A stretch of 64,000 bases of DNA from a virus, in the IMG/VR virus record IMGVR_UViG_3300025018_000102, positions 86,132-150,131 of that record, one strand, 5' to 3'. The translations under genes and the position numbers were made by a program. Under the pieces are notes generated by a model that had not been told where the DNA came from, searched no databases, and was given only the letters and a program-made list of their open reading frames with translations. Shown piece after piece: positions 63,301 to 64,000 of the stretch (position 1 is the first letter of the stretch; every line of letters begins with the position of its first letter).

Positions 63301-63466
63301 CACGTACGGGCGATCGGGTCCATGCCCTCAGAGCCCTAGGGTCCCCCGAGCGTGATAGTGACACCCCCCCTTCAAGGCCACCCCTTGCCCGGCAGAGCCA
63401 CGACAAGGCCTAGGGGGTACCGATCTAGCCTCGAGAGCAAGGAGGGCCTTAGCGAGCCTTCTAGGC

Positions 63467-63556
63467 CTGTCGGTATACCGACAGCACGATCGGGCCTATC
63501 GACCCCGGCTGCGCCACCTTGTCATACCACGATCGGGGGTGTCGGTATACCGACAC
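63467..63556. repeat. Two 18-bp perfect palindromes with core TGTCGGTATACCGACA
   Basis: 63467-63484 and 63539-63556. Confidence 0.9.
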
Positions 63557-63724
63557 AGGGTCATATGAACTTAGGCTGCCCTGGGTAGGCCCCCTAGGCA
63601 GCTAGGGTCCCCCGAGGCGGATCGCCTAGAAGGCGCCTAGAAGCCCGTCTAAGCGATCCAAGCCCCACGCCGCTATGTGGGCCTACCCAATACCGTTTGC
63701 GTGCAATGCAGGCCCGCAGGCTGC

Positions 63725-64000
63725 CCTAGGCTTCTAGGCTTCTAGGCCCCTAGGGGGTAGGCCCCTGGCGATAGGCCCCTAGGCTAGGGTAGGCCCCTGG
63801 CGATAGGCCCCTAGGCTAGGGTAGGATCCTAGGCCCCTAGGCCCCTAGGCTAGGGTAGGCCCCTAGGCTAGGGTAGGCCCCTAGGCTAGGGTAGGATCCT
63901 AGGCTAGGGTAGGATCCTAGGCCCCTAGGCCCCTAGGCTAGGGTAGGCCCCTAGGCTAGGGTAGGATCCTAGGCCCCTAGGCCCCTAGGCTAGGGTAGGC
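63725..64000. repeat. Irregular tandem array of TAGG-based modules, continuing past window end
   Basis: TAGGCCCC, TAGGCTAGGG and TAGGATCC units in variable order. Confidence 0.92.

Noticed and set aside
62939-63588. Short ORFs in the terminal repeat region
   Set aside because: They translate repeats, lack SD or coding character, and are likely non-coding
63725-64000. CRISPR array
   Set aside because: No unique spacers between constant repeats, units are only 6-10 bp, and no cas genes are present
1-64000. Stop-codon reassignment
   Set aside because: Core genes are full-length in the standard code and TAA, TAG and TGA all serve as stops

Overview
This window is part of a large, GC-rich, contractile-tailed (myovirus-type) bacteriophage genome. 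No host or cellular housekeeping genes are evident. 1-~52,000 is a minus-strand block containing baseplate, M23-bearing hub, tape measure, tail chaperones, a tRNA/ncRNA cluster, tail tube and sheath, neck genes, major capsid, scaffold and prohead protease. It continues with a run of probable capsid-packaged proteins (a MuF-kinase fusion, a degenerate topoisomerase-IB-like protein, an InPase-domain protein) and an intein-containing portal. After that come a complete two-component cassette (PAS histidine kinase plus two receivers), two more tRNAs, HNH, an HslV-like protease, a metallophosphoesterase, class II RNR, a HAD phosphatase and a lipoprotein metalloprotease. After a structured divergent intergenic region, ~52,555-62,900 is a plus-strand block (RNA ligase, vWA, 2OG-Fe oxygenase-like, many small unknown genes). 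The window ends in a ~1 kb non-coding region of AT-rich duplications, two palindromes and an irregular telomere-like TAGG-module array. The most notable observations are the phage two-component system coupled to a holin-like gene, a shared putative capsid-targeting/cleavage signal on the cargo proteins, a tRNA with a hairpin inserted in its anticodon loop, a 130-nt structured RNA with tmRNA-like segments, six exactly spaced leaderless promoters, and the terminal repeat array. All product calls come from motifs and synteny recognised by eye; no searches were run.
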